Notes under the pieces: model-generated
What the model was told of the DNA's origin: nothing
Seen by the model: only the letters and a program-made list of their open reading frames with translations
The model's database searches: none
Made by a program: the position numbers and the translations under genes
Shown here: one piece after another, positions 47,571 through 60,349 of the stretch
Layout: each line of letters starts with the position of its first letter
Position numbering within the stretch: the first letter of the stretch is position 1
From: Lepidodermella squamata
Taxonomy: Eukaryota; Animalia; Gastrotricha
Direction: 5' to 3'
DNA length: 64,000 bases
NCBI GenBank assembly: GCA_047495785.1
Contig: JBLDXI010000015.1
Location: forward strand, 3,782,001-3,846,000

Positions 47571-50500
47571 TCAGCTAATCGCGCAGTCGATTGTATCAGA
47601 CCCGGCTGTTGTTGGCAGGGTGAATGCGTAGGTGGCAGCTCGGGCGATGTAGGACAGCGTGCCGAATTTGCCAGACGGGCCAGAGTCGTAGAAATAAGCG
47701 CAAATACCACTCGGCCCGTGGCAAATCGGCATGGGCGGCTTTTCAACACCACCCCGCATGATTTCACGCCGAAACGTCTGGCCAGCCTCATTCGCGCAGC
47801 AAACTAGGGCGGAGGCGCCTGGCATCGTTTCTTGATCGGCGAGGAATAGATCGTTAGCCGCGGCGATTAAGCCATCGACCTGAACGTGCCCGCGGAAACC
47901 AGTCATGCCGTGGTCGTGTTCGGTCAGCGTTGTCAGCACTGAAATCGCTTCGACGAAAAGTTGGCGGTAATTCGGGTCTGGGATGCGATTCAAAGCCGCC
48001 TCAACGGTCAGCGCGAATTTCAACTCCTGCTGGGTCATTTCTCGGACGAGCGATGACGGCAGTGCCCTGCCGTAGATGATCAAAGCATCACATCGGTTCA
48101 GAATTTGCCAGACCCCAGCGTAGAAGCCGAGAGGTACCCGGTTCAACGCACCGTCTAGACGGCGACGACGATACCAAGTGCCCCGGGTGACGATTTCAGA
48201 CACGTCTAGTTCCTCCTCTTCCTCGGTTGAAATAGCGGAGGTCGGGGTGTTAGTCCCGGACCGATCGCTAGAATCTTGCCGATCGAATGCGAAAACGTTG
48301 GTGTTGCCAGCTGAACCAGGCGTAACAGGTTGAACCTAAACGGAAAAATCATAAAATTATTGCGTGTTGTTACAAAAAAATGTTGACAAACCGTTCCTAA
48401 CGCCTCGGCAACATGGCTGGCTTGTCGTGTGAACGACCGCTTAGAGACTCGATTCGTGACCATTTTTCCGACAGACATTGTCGACATGTCGCCACTGCGA
48501 TGTTTAGGTGCCAACTCGGAGCCAGAAATAACTCGATAGAGCATGATTTTCACCTGATAAGGACTCAGGTTGAACAATTGACTCGTCGCTTCCTCCGGCG
48601 AGCAAGATAACATAGCCGCTAGTTCACTGGCCATTACTTGGGTGATCAGCCCGATGCGAAGTCGAATCATGTGGCTGAATAGGCGTTTCTCACTCTTAGC
48701 CAGGTTAGACAATGCAATAAGAAGTTCCTGTGTTAACACGGTGAGACTAGGGTCATGGTTACACGTATTCCAAATCATTGTTTCCAGTTCGTCGGGCGGT
48801 AACGGCCGTGAAACCACCTTTTCGTTAGGTTCAGGCGGTAGACCAAGCGAAACCTGTTTGCCTCGAACCAGCAGGTCAGTCAAACATTTCGCAAGATCTT
48901 CAGGCCTTCGGCGCAGAACTCCGTTAGCGTGACGAACCAGCCACCATTCGCGAAGCTCAGCCGCCCTCTCCCCTAATTCGGCAATCAATTCTTTAACGGT
49001 ACATCCCAGTGGGGTCGTCCAGTCTAGACCCTTCGCCAGGTACAACGCATGAACCAAATCGGCCTGTTCGTACAAATCTGTTGTTTCTTTCAAAGAATCG
49101 ACCAATTCGTTGATATCTGCGTGAGAAACTTCGTGAGATGAGCCCAGTGATTGAGGATTTGGGTGTTTCGTGACCAGCAAATTCGAAGGCCGAGCTCGAT
49201 TAACCGCTCCAGTAGGTGGGAAAACCATCGATCCAAACGGGCTGTCGGTAACGTTAGCTCGAGCCAAATGAGTCGACGCAGTCATCGGAGCGCCGTCTGT
49301 CTCACATTTAGAGATGAACTCTTCGAAAGATAGAGCCTCAGATGACGGGTTAGTGATATTGGTATTATGAGGCAAAGCCGGGGATGTATCCCCTGTATCT
49401 TCTCCCGACGAAGCTGATGGTCGGAACTGCCCAGGGACCTGATAAACAGATTGCCGACGCTTCGAAATCACCCCCTGAAATCGCTTGGCAACAAGTGATT
49501 TCCTTCGATTCAATGGTTGACGATGACTTGCTGGATATGCGTCCTCATCGGCAACCGGAACGGCAGAGGGCGCGAGCTTTGAAGTCACAGTTTCTGCTGA
49601 GTATTGTGAAATAAATCGCTGCAATTGTTTATCCGAAAATTCGTCAGAATGTTCGAGAAATGACAGACGTGAAACGCAGCTGGTGGAAATGAAGTCTTTC
49701 AAATAGCCGACTTGAACACGCTGACCAGCTATGATTCCTGATTGAAGGTTTTTCAAGGTCGCAATCATAGACTCTCGGGAAGAATCATTGTGATCCATTA
49801 GCCTGTGATTCAGAACAACAACAACCGTGGGCCGACCTAACATAGTCCAGTGTTGATTCAAATACGCGACAGTCGTTGAGAACATGTCGATTAAATACTC
49901 GGCGTCTTGGCCCAAATAGAACACGCGTTGATCGAGAAAACTTGGTTGAAATGCGAAAATCTCGTTATGGAGCATGTATAACTTGGACGTAGCAAGGACT
50001 CCAAGCTCAGTCGAAGCTCGACCTGACAAACCAAGGCGTTTGTTTTTGCCGAGATGAGAATACAGGTAGGAAAGAACCTTAGCATTGTGAATGTGCATAG
50101 GTGCGGCCTCGGCGATCGTTTGACAAGTGACACCGTGCTCTTCAACCCGTTGTTTTATTCCGTCATCTTCTGCTAGCAAGACGACCTGCGTGACTACTTC
50201 AGGTTTTCGGTGGCTAGTCATGCGACGATTCAGGGGATCCAGCTCGCCAGGGCTGAGAAATTTTTCGGCGACAAGCCCAGCGACAACATATAGCGACTGT
50301 GCCCACATGTGCGGGATTTTCCCAAGGGCGACGCGCTCTTGACTACCTGGATTTTTGTACTCTTCGCCAACTTTTTCAAGTGGAACGCTGTACAGCTCTG
50401 GCACAGCTTTCATCGAGCTCTGAGAAATCAACAAAGAATCAAGTTTATCGAGGTATGCTTTGGCGACAGCTCCAGATTCTGTTGACGGGTCAGTTGGATC

Positions 50501-51596
50501 ACCGCAAACAGAACCGTTGAACAACGCATTCAGAGCCATGTAAACGTAAAATAGCGGCCATTCACATTCAATATTCTACAAAGTATAATAATATAAAGCA
50601 TGAAAAACAAGTTGTAATTATTCTTACTTCGAAAGCTTTCAATTCATGAGGTTCGTAATGCAGGCGGTTTGGATCTTCCTTGGCAGTTTTGTAACCATCA
50701 CGCATGAATCTCTTGCATCCATAACGTCCTTCGAGTTTCAATTTTATCTCATTATTTGTTCTTTCAATCAAATCTTGGTCGTCGACTGCAAAGGCAGGAA
50801 AGCCAATTACAGAGAGCAAAGCAGAATCGACTTCTTTTGAGATGGATTCGCGGGGCAACATTGATGTTAATACAGCAGCACACATTGAAGCTTCATCCGG
50901 TAAGGTATGAATCAAAGAGGAACTGCCACCTTGCGCTCCAAATAGATTTAATCCGTCGAGAGCCCGAAGCGCAGCGTGAGCCATACCTACGGAACTTGCG
51001 TTAAGTTCTGGAAGGCCGTGATTTGTCTTATCGCCTCGCTCCCAAACGCCGTAATCGGGAATTCGATATGCGGCTTCAATATAGAAAACCAAGTTTTGAA
51101 TGAATGCAACCTCATCCACCGATTGAATTATAAGCACTCCAGAGGTAGTAGCTTCGGCTAGAATAAGAAGATATAAGGAGACTGCATCCAATTGTAGATG
51201 ACCCCACTTGTCATCCGCGACGATTGATTGACAATTACGACAATCGTATTTTGCATGAAGCGAATCTATGGGATTCTGAGTCACTTTGAATTTCTCGAGC
51301 TTTTCCTTCTGAAGCATGAAGCATTTCAAAAGACCACGCATAGTTTTCACAAAACTTTGTTCAAATTCGTATCCCTTCGCCCGATCGACTTCGGAATCCG
51401 ACCGTTTGCGGTAAACAATCGACAGGCCCCACACTGCGAACACAGCATATACGTTGTCTCGTATCCATGCATCTGGGAATTCAACGTTAGAAGGAATAAG
51501 CCCTGTGATCGGATGCTGACGCTCGAGTATCGTTTTGGTCACAACACGAGAATAATAAGCTATTCGCGATGAAGAAGATTGTGTCCGATTTCTCAT
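47571..51596 (-). CDS. PHKA: Phosphorylase b kinase regulatory subunit alpha, copy B
   Basis: Same motifs as copy A; C-terminal CaaX CAIS*. Exons 51596-50628, 50575-48392, 48335-47571. Confidence 0.93.
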
Positions 51597-52394
51597 TTTG
51601 CTTTATATTAATTTTCAGGAACCCATCACTAGATGAAACATCAAGAGAAAATTCGATGAAACAATTAAAAATCTTGAAAAAGCTTGTGTAAGCAACTCAA
51701 AGATGAATGAGGAATCACGCAGAGGCAGAAAGACGACCTAAAATCTGAGAAGTCAGGCTTCATTCTAGGAAAGATTCCGAATGGAGACATTAATACTTCA
51801 CGCCTAAAAATCTTCGGGCTTCAGGTTCCACTCGAAACATGTAACACCCGAGCTGCTGAAATATGCATAGCAAACGTGAGTATCAAACGCGTGAGACAGG
51901 TGCAAAGCATTGAAACCCAATGGAGATATTTATCTGAGTTATGGATGGTTTCAGAGCCCCTTCAAGATTGGAATTGGGATTATTATGGGTGGCGTAGTAC
52001 CTAACGACACTATAACCTAAACTGTAACACGAGACACGAGTACCAAAAACCAGAAGCCCGAACCCAACGCTCTCATCAGCGCAAAACGCAAACCCCAAAA
52101 CTGGAACACAAAAACAAAAAATACGACCAGACGGCGAAGCATTTGCGGCCTCCGGCCTCAGCAACCCAATAATTCGTGGATTTAAATCTGAATAATTATT
52201 TGCTTTCTTTTGACGAAACTTTATAATTATTTTACGTGAAAATAAAACGAAAGGCGCGGGAAATTTTGCTTTCCTAACGCAGCTCTTCTCTGTTTGGCGA
52301 GCTCGTGCCACTCTCTCTTCTTGTAGTGGCGTGATAAACCTGCCGTGTCTAATCTCTTTACCGCTGCGTGTGAACTCCGGCCGGCGCGAGAGTC

Positions 52395-54014
52395 ATGTTC
52401 AATTTTCGTGGAGTTTTCGATTTCCTGTTGACATACATTTTATTCCATCAGCGATGGATATTTATCTTATTCGTCCTCCCGGCATCTGTTGCGATCCGGA
52501 TTGCAACCTATGTATGCGAAACAATTCAGCGTGTAGCCTTTTCTTCTCGAAATAAGCACGAGAAGCGTGTTGGGCGAGTTCAGTCTGAAGTCAAAGCATG
52601 GTATAACAGGTTTGACGAATCAAAACTTACCGTTGCGCGTCGGTCTTGGTTTGATCCTGTACCCAGAGTGAGGTGAGATTTTGCATTGGCACGAGGTTTC
52701 TAATGACTATATCTTTTAAATCATACTAGTGGGGTCAATTCGACGACGGCTATTAACTTGGACCTAAAAGGTGTCCTCGAAGTTGACGTCGTTGCGAGTT
52801 GTATTCGGGTGGAACCAATGATCACGATCGGCAGTATTCTGGATGAATTAATACCTCTTGGCTTCACTTTACCAGTTGTCCCGGAGTTGACTGAATTAAC
52901 TGTGGGTGGCCTGATTACTGGAATAGGCCTAGGTGAAATATCATTGTTATATAGTTTGCATTACTTATTACGCTAATTTGCAGAATCTTCATCACATCGT
53001 TTTGGCCTATTTAAGGACAGTTGCCTGGCTTTCGATTTAGTTTCGGCAAGCGGTGATTTATTACACTGTTCCCCTTCGGAAAATACAGATATTTTCTACT
53101 CAATCCCCGGTTCACACGGCACCTTGGGCTTTCTAGTATCCGTTGCTCTGAAAATAATTCCTTGCAAGCCAGTTATCAAGTTGGAATACTTTCCAGCTTA
53201 CAGTTCCGATGATGCTGTTCGCATTCTAAGTGAATCTGTGAGATCGAAAAACTATCAATTTGTCGAGGGTATAATCTATTCTGAAACGTCTGCGGTTGTC
53301 ATTCGAGGGAATTTTTCTGAATTGCCAAGTGGCGAAAAAGTCAATCGGTTGTCTCACTGGTGGAAGCCATGGTTCTACACGCACGCCCGAGATAAGTTGA
53401 AAAATGGCCGATCGGTTGAGTTTGTTCCAGTGCGGGACTACTACTGTCGTCATTCTCGATCGTTCTTTTGGCTGATGAAAGATATCATACCTTTTGGTAA
53501 CCTTCGACTATTCCGCTACTTCCTCGGCTGGACGTCCCCTCCTCATCCTGCCCTCATGAAAATGACTTTGACGAAGGCTATGTCAAGAATGTACGAAAAT
53601 AGTCGAATGATTCAAGATATGCTAGTTCCCATGGACGCAGTCGAGAAAACGTTGATCTACATATTTCGCAACATGAAGATTTTCCCTATTTGGTTGTGCC
53701 CGTACTTGTGTGTGAACAAGCCTGGGCTTATCCACCCGTCGTCGAATAAGGATGAAATTTACTGCAATGTTGGAACCTATGGTAACATCGGCATTAGCGA
53801 TTACCATCCGATCGAATGTACGCGAGCTTATGAGTCCTTCGTGCGACGCGCCCGGGGTTTTCAAATGATGTATGCTGATTCCTATCAAACTCGCGATGAA
53901 TTTGCTCAAATGTTCGACCGATCTCTTTATGATAACGTGCGCCGCAAAATGCCGGATTGCATCAGGGCGTTTCCTGATGTTTTCGATAAAACTACGCGAT
54001 TCTCAAGGCGCTGA
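52395..54014 (+). CDS. DHCR24: Delta24-sterol reductase-like, divergent copy A
   Basis: [72 protein letters not shown]; three exons, frame intact. Confidence 0.88.
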
Positions 54015-54180
54015 ATTTCTGACCTTATCTGACTATTTGAAACTTATTTTTCGACTTGACTCGTATGTCTTTAGCCTTTTTCTGCCGGATGATCCGAAGC
54101 AATCTCTTAATTTACACATTGCATGCTCAAATACACTTATTCAATTTTGATGGCTAGATATTAGATATTTCATTTTTAAA

Positions 54181-55857
54181 ATGGCGAAGCAGCGTGGTTT
54201 GATTGACCAGCTGATGATTTGGATCCTGGTTAAACAGCGCTGGATCTTTGTCATATTTCTACTCCCCATTTCCCTACTCTACAATTTCGTCTTCTATTTT
54301 CGCAACTGGATCGTTTTCACTCTGAGATCTGCCCCGCATAAACACCACGAGCGAGTGAGAAATGTTCAACGCCAAGTTCGTGAATGGAGCAAAAATGGAG
54401 CTAAAACTCAAATGTGCACAGCTCGACCGGCCTGGGCTAATACTAGCCTTCGTTTTAGGTAAGAAACCGAGTTTTATTTTATTCTGGCTTTGATTAGTCG
54501 ATTTTTTTTGAACTAGCTTGTATAAAAAGACGATGACCAATATTGACGTGAATCTGTCTGATGTCCTCGAAGTTGATACAGTTAAGCAAACTGTTCGTGT
54601 CGAACCTCTAGTGACGATGGGTCAAATAACCGCAACTTTGCTGCCTCTGGGCTGGACTTTGCCGGTAGTCCCTGAGTTGGACGACTTGACTGTTGGCGGC
54701 TTGATCAACGGCATCGGAATTGGTAAAATTTCTGCGAATTTCTTCTGCCTCGGATTTATATTTCTGTTTTTTTCAGAGACTTCTTCTCATATCTACGGCT
54801 TGTTTAAGGACGTTTGCTTGAGCTTCGATGTCGTCACAGCTGATGGTGAACTTGTTCATTGCACCGAGAAAGAAAACAGCGATTTGTTCTACACGATCCC
54901 ATTCGCTCACGGGACCTTGGGTTTTCTTGTAGCGGCTGAAATCAAGATTGTTCCAGCAAAGAAATACGTTAAATTGGAATACGTTCCTACGTACACTTTG
55001 GACGAAGGTTGCCGGGTTTTCGAGGAAGCTTCGAGGAATAAGAAAATCGACTTTGTTGAAAGCTTGGTCTTCTCCGAAACCGAAGCTGTTGTGATGAAGG
55101 GAACTATGACCGACGATGCCGAATGGACTAAAATGAATCACATGGGTTACTGGTGGAAACCGTGGTTTTACAAGCACGTCCAGGAATATTTGAAGACCGG
55201 CCCAGCTGTGGAGTACATTCCCCTTCGTGATTACTATCACCGCCACACTCGATCAATTTTCTGGATGCTGAACGATATCATTCCTTTCGGAAATCACTGG
55301 CTGTTCCGATTCCTTTTCGGCTGGCTCGTCCCTCCAAAGGTTCAAATGTTGAAAGCCACAACGACGAAATTGATGAGCGAATTGTACGAGGAGACTAATA
55401 TGGTAAATCATTTTCTGGAAATTTAAGGAGGATTGCAATTTTTTATTTATAGCTTCAAGATATGTTGGTTCCTGTGAAGGATTTCAAATCAACTTTGCAG
55501 TTTGTGTTTGGAAATATTAAAATCTACCCGCTCTGGATTTGCCCGCACATCTGCTTCAACAAACCCGGTTTGATCCACCCTGGCACAGGGAAAGACGAGC
55601 TGTACGTTGATATCGGCACCTACGGCCCAGTGGGTATTGCCGACTACCACCCGGTGGAATGCACTCGCGCCTATGAAACTTTCGTCCGCCGAGTTCACGG
55701 CCATCAAATGCTGTACGCTGACTCTTACATGACGCGCGATGAATTCGCGCAAATGTTCGACCGTTCGCTCTACGACAGTCTGCGCAGCAGGTTGCCCGAC
55801 TGTATCAAAGCCTTCCCAGACGTTTACGACAAAACGAATCGTAAAGCTCGCGTTTAG
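54181..55857 (+). CDS. DHCR24: Delta24-sterol reductase, canonical copy B
   Basis: [60 protein letters not shown]; four exons. Confidence 0.93.
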
Positions 55858-56075
55858 TTCGGCAAAAATAGGACCAGTATCCGTAGTGTTGATGAAGAAA
55901 AACGAGGTTTTAAGTCTTAGCATTCCAGCGTTGCATGTATTGAAATATAGCTACATGTAATATCATGTTAGTATTTATTTTGAAAAAATCGTTGTGATTA
56001 TTGATGCAATGAAATAATTTTGAGATTGAATAAATTTGCGATATTTTCAATTTATTGATAGTTGGTTTATTTAAT

Positions 56076-59000
56076 ATGTTTTCTTCGAGCACCCATCGAC
56101 GCAATTGGCTTTTCGCGAATGAAAAAGCGTTGGCTGACGTGCGTCAAGAGGCGAATCGGTACTACGTCGAAGAGGGAAGCGCTGAAGATGTGGACCCGAA
56201 TGGGCACAGCGTGGCTCCCCGCCCGTCAGTTGACCCCGAGCTGGTGTTAACCGCTGAAGACGAGGTCGAAATTTGTTTCTACTACGAAATTCGCCTGGTT
56301 CAGTTTTGCCGTGACTTTCGCTTCCAGAAGACTGACCTTTCGATCCCGTTATTTGTCCAATACACGGCTATAGCGTATTTCAAGCGGTTTTATCTGTGCA
56401 CAAGTGTCATGGACTTTCACCCGGCCGATATGTAGTAAGCTAATTATCATTTTTGTGTCTAAACAACAGGCCATATATGTGTATGTGTTTGCCTCGATAA
56501 GCCTTGTTTGCATCTACGTGGCGTGTAAAACGGAGGAGTTCAATATCAGCATGCCGGATTTCGAGGAGAATATCAGCCGGCACTTTGAATTTGACCCGGA
56601 GTCGCCGGACGATTGCGCTGCTGTGAATGATCTGTCGAAAATGGTTCTCTGCTTCGAATTACTGCTGATGGCCAAGCTCAATTACGATCTGATCGTTCAC
56701 GCTCCGCTCAAGCCTCTCGATGGCTTCCTGCTTGATATTCGTGTAAATTTCATTTTGTCTCATTCAATAGCGAGAAAATGATGAGAAAACAAGGTTCTTT
56801 ATCTAATTTTCATATCAATTTTCCGAGTTTTGTAAAGAGATGAGTAATTACATCGGGGTCAAAGGTGACTGTAACTAATTAATAGACACATTCTGCGGTA
56901 GTTTCGGCCTGGTTTTTATCGGAACTGAGACTTCCCTAGTTTACGAGCCGATAAGACAATCCAGTCGTGTGGTCAAAGCGATAACTTTTTTGGTTTAGTG
57001 ATGAGTACTAAACCGCTTGATAGACTTCTCATGTAACGAGAAGACCTTTTCCTCGAATTGTTCACAGTTTAGGAGAACAAGCTGCATTGGAGATGCCGCG
57101 GTTAATAAAATAACCGGATAACCGCGGTTCTAACTGAAATAACCGCCATAGATTGATTGATTGAGACCTCAATTACAGGGCCAGGCGGAAGATATTCTAC
57201 AGACACATTTCTTATAATCATTATTTTCATTATTAGGAGTCATGTGACCGTCAATTTTTTAAACGTCTTCAGCCCCATACGCGAAATTTTGGCATGAAAT
57301 TGACGGTCACATAACTCCTAATGATGACAATAATGATTATAAGAAATGTGTCTGTAGAATAACTTTAGCATGGCACTACAAATCTTCGGAAAGGGAAGCT
57401 TATTAATATTTTGCTTAATCCATTCTTTTACGCTGGTTCGCAACTTATCAAGTGTTTTTCCCATTTTAATGGCAAATCAATCAATTAGCTGATCACCGAT
57501 ATTCGATAGTCGATAACCGGTACGTGATAATAGATGGATGCGGCAAATTTTACCCTACATCCGAAATTTACAGGTCGTAATTCGTTTTAATAAAAAATAT
57601 ATCGCAAAATCAATTTCGCCTCCAGTTAATTGTAAGCAACCGTTAATTAGGTGGGTTTAGTCCTCTGAACGAGGTTATTTGTTAAGCGAGACACCTCACA
57701 TATTTTTGTTTGTGGGAGGCAGTTAGTGCCCCCTCGCACCCAAACAGTGGCAGACGGCGGCGAACCGAGGGTGCATAGTGTTGGTTTCTCAGGCAAAGCA
57801 GGAGTATTCAAATTTCCGTAGCCATAGTACTCAAAATCTGGATCAATGTTAAGCTTCCTTTCACCTGTAGAACGCCTAACATTGATCAAGATCGGTTCAC
57901 GGACATCCACGGCGTCTTGTGACACTTCACTTGCAGGCAAGAGTACTTGTTTCACGCCTTGTTTGAATGCGAAACCAAAGTCGTTTTCGATGAAATCAAC
58001 ATCACAGCGAACGATAATAGCTTTGGTCTCCGGGTGGAGCAGCCGGTAACCCTTTTGTTCGGCAGCAATTCCAACGAAGCGATACTGCGAAGATTTTGGC
58101 GAGAAATCGTTTGAACGTCCAACATTTTCGCTTAAGCAGCACATAGATCGTGGAAAGTCGGCACTAATTCAAATTTCCAACATTTTCCTTGTTCTCCTCG
58201 CAAACTGACACTGTTTTTTTCGAATTGAGAATACTTATTCTCTTCCATCTTTGAATATTTGGTAACAATGGCGACCGACGTACATTCCAACTTTTTCGTT
58301 GCGAAGTTCAATTTTTCGAGTTATAGAACGCTTACCTGTAACGTGTAGATGCTTGATGATTTTTCAGGTGCGGTAATAGCCCGGGTTGATTTTCTTCTGC
58401 GTGAAATTTGATCGGCAAATCGGAAGGATATGTTAACGAAGTTTTGCAAGCGTGCGGCTTTCTTGGATTTTGTGATGACAAGCCATTTGTTGATTTCAGG
58501 GAATTTTGTCGTATCGGTGCAATTTCGAAGTAGCGTTTCGGTATTTTCCGGTAGCAAAACGGCTTTCCTAATTGGCGAAAACAATCGTTTATGTTCTTGA
58601 ACGCCGCCTGATCTTTGGCCGAGCCGCAAAGGACGCGGAAGGCTTCTAACATAAAACGCATAATATAGTGAAAATAACCGCCTGAAAATATTTTAGTTGC
58701 TGTGAATTCCTCTGCGCGTTATATCATCTGTTCCCAGGCGATTTGTAGAAGATTTACGCTGCAATTTTAGCACGTGCTCCAGAAAATATCCAGGCGGAAA
58801 TATGTTGCTTTCATTGGCCACTGAGGGTTCCCACTGACGGGTTCCGATGAACGAAGCTGTATATCTTCCCTCGCAAAACTGTAATGACGTCGATTTTGTT
58901 GTTTTTAATCAACGACGTGACTATATGTTACAATCTATTTTGCAAAAGCCATGACAGCAGTCGAGAAAACTCACGAATGATTTGTTTATGCCCGGGTACG

Positions 59001-60290
59001 GGTTACGTCAGCGGGTGTTGCTTTATTTTATTCTTTGATAGCCTTCGCTATTTTCCGGGTTCGGGCCTCGCTGCCTCGCTGCAAGCAGTACAGCTTCCAG
59101 ATTTGTTTTTGAAATTGATATTTTGGAGCCCATCTGAGAATGTTCCTTATTGCGAACCTTTGCAAAGTTTGATCCTATTTCAAAAGTCAACGCTCAGATG
59201 CCATAGAATCGCGTCGAAGGACTGATTACCGGTACCAAAATTATTCGCCTGCGTAACTGCGACATGGGAATTTACCAAAAACTATTTTTCAGTGAAAGAA
59301 AAATCTAAAATTCTATAACTTTTTAAAGCTTCCGAGCAACTGCATCGGCCTTTGACTCCCAAGTCAATAGATTGAAGTAATTTAGCTCAAACCAGATGTT
59401 GGTAGTTTATCTCAAATAATGGCTGAAACTTAATTTAATTGAGTTTGTTTAATTACGCTCATGATTTTGATCTATGACAACTTGGGCTAACTTGGTTCTA
59501 GCAAACGTAACAAAATCCCATCGAAGCCATGATGAGCGTTTCTTACTACATGTATGAATTTTTCAATTTAATGATAATATTATCAATTTTTAGACTCGAT
59601 TCCCGAAATTCTCGGACGCCGAGAGCTTCAAACCTGCCGCTCTTCGTTTCATCACGGTCTCCATGCTGAGTGACACTTTGCTCATGTACGCACCGTCTCA
59701 AATCGCCCTGGCCGCCCTGAGCTACGCTGTTGGCCCGGACAACGAAAAGGTTACACACTACATCAGGGAAGTTCTGTGCCTCGGTGCTCCTGAACATGAC
59801 ATAGCAACACTATTCAAAGCGATTGAAGGCAAGTTATACTACATTTTTATCAATTATACACAAATTTTGCAAGAAGAATTATCATGCTTTTCGATTTTCT
59901 GATTCGATCAGCATTCATTTTCGCTTGCAATATAAAAATTGAAAGAAATCAATCTTGAGGAAATTTCGTTCATGTTTTTCGCGAGATCAAGACTTATCAA
60001 ACAATTTATCTGCCTTAGATGTGACTCAATCGCTCAAGTCAAGTCGAGCTGAATGGGCGTTGTCTTTCATTGAGGACACGGAATCTTCAATGGCAGTTGA
60101 CAACAGCTTCAGCGGCTGGATCGAAGCTACTATCGACAGATTGCTGGATCGGTTGAAAAACTGTCGCAATCCTTCTAACGATTATCTAACTGAACAGTAA
60201 GTACTGACAATTCCACCTTAAAAATCTCAATTTAAATTTTTCAGATTTTCTAAACGGTTCAACGACACCATGTTCAGCGATGACGATTAG
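56076..60290 (+). CDS. CCNH: Cyclin H
   Basis: MFSSSTHRRNWLF, TAIAYFKRFYL..SVMDFHP, CIYVACKTEEFN, LNYDLIVHAP..PLDGFLLD, LMYAPSQIALAA; 2.85-kb intron at 56743-59593. Confidence 0.92.
57193..57361. mobile_element. Fold-back MITE-like element (~65-bp near-perfect inverted arms) in the cyclin H intron
   Basis: TATTCTACAGACACATTTCTTATAATCATTATT...GTGACCGTCAATTT pairs with AAATTGACGGTCAC...AATAATGATTATAAGAAATGTGTCTGTAGAATA (about 3 mismatches); TA at both ends. Confidence 0.8.
57800..58110 (-). mobile_element. Ty1/copia retrotransposon pol relic (integrase C-terminal SH3-like region)
   Basis: FSPKSSQYRFVGIAAEQKGYRLLHPETKAIIVRCDVDFIEN matches the copia pattern KLxPKS..FVGY...KGYRL.DP....I..SRDV.F.E; no RT or LTRs seen. 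Confidence 0.75.
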
Positions 60291-60349
60291 TCAATCTGGT
60301 TTTGCCTCATTGACTCGTTTGCTGTTCACCATGTTCAGCGATGACGATT
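60266..60349 (+). repeat. 23-bp direct repeat of the cyclin H stop region
   Basis: CACCATGTTCAGCGATGACGATT at 60266-60288 and 60327-60349. Confidence 0.85.

Noticed and set aside
48203-48391. Apparent frameshift splitting PHKA-B into two ORFs
   Set aside because: Intron 48391-48336 restores the frame.
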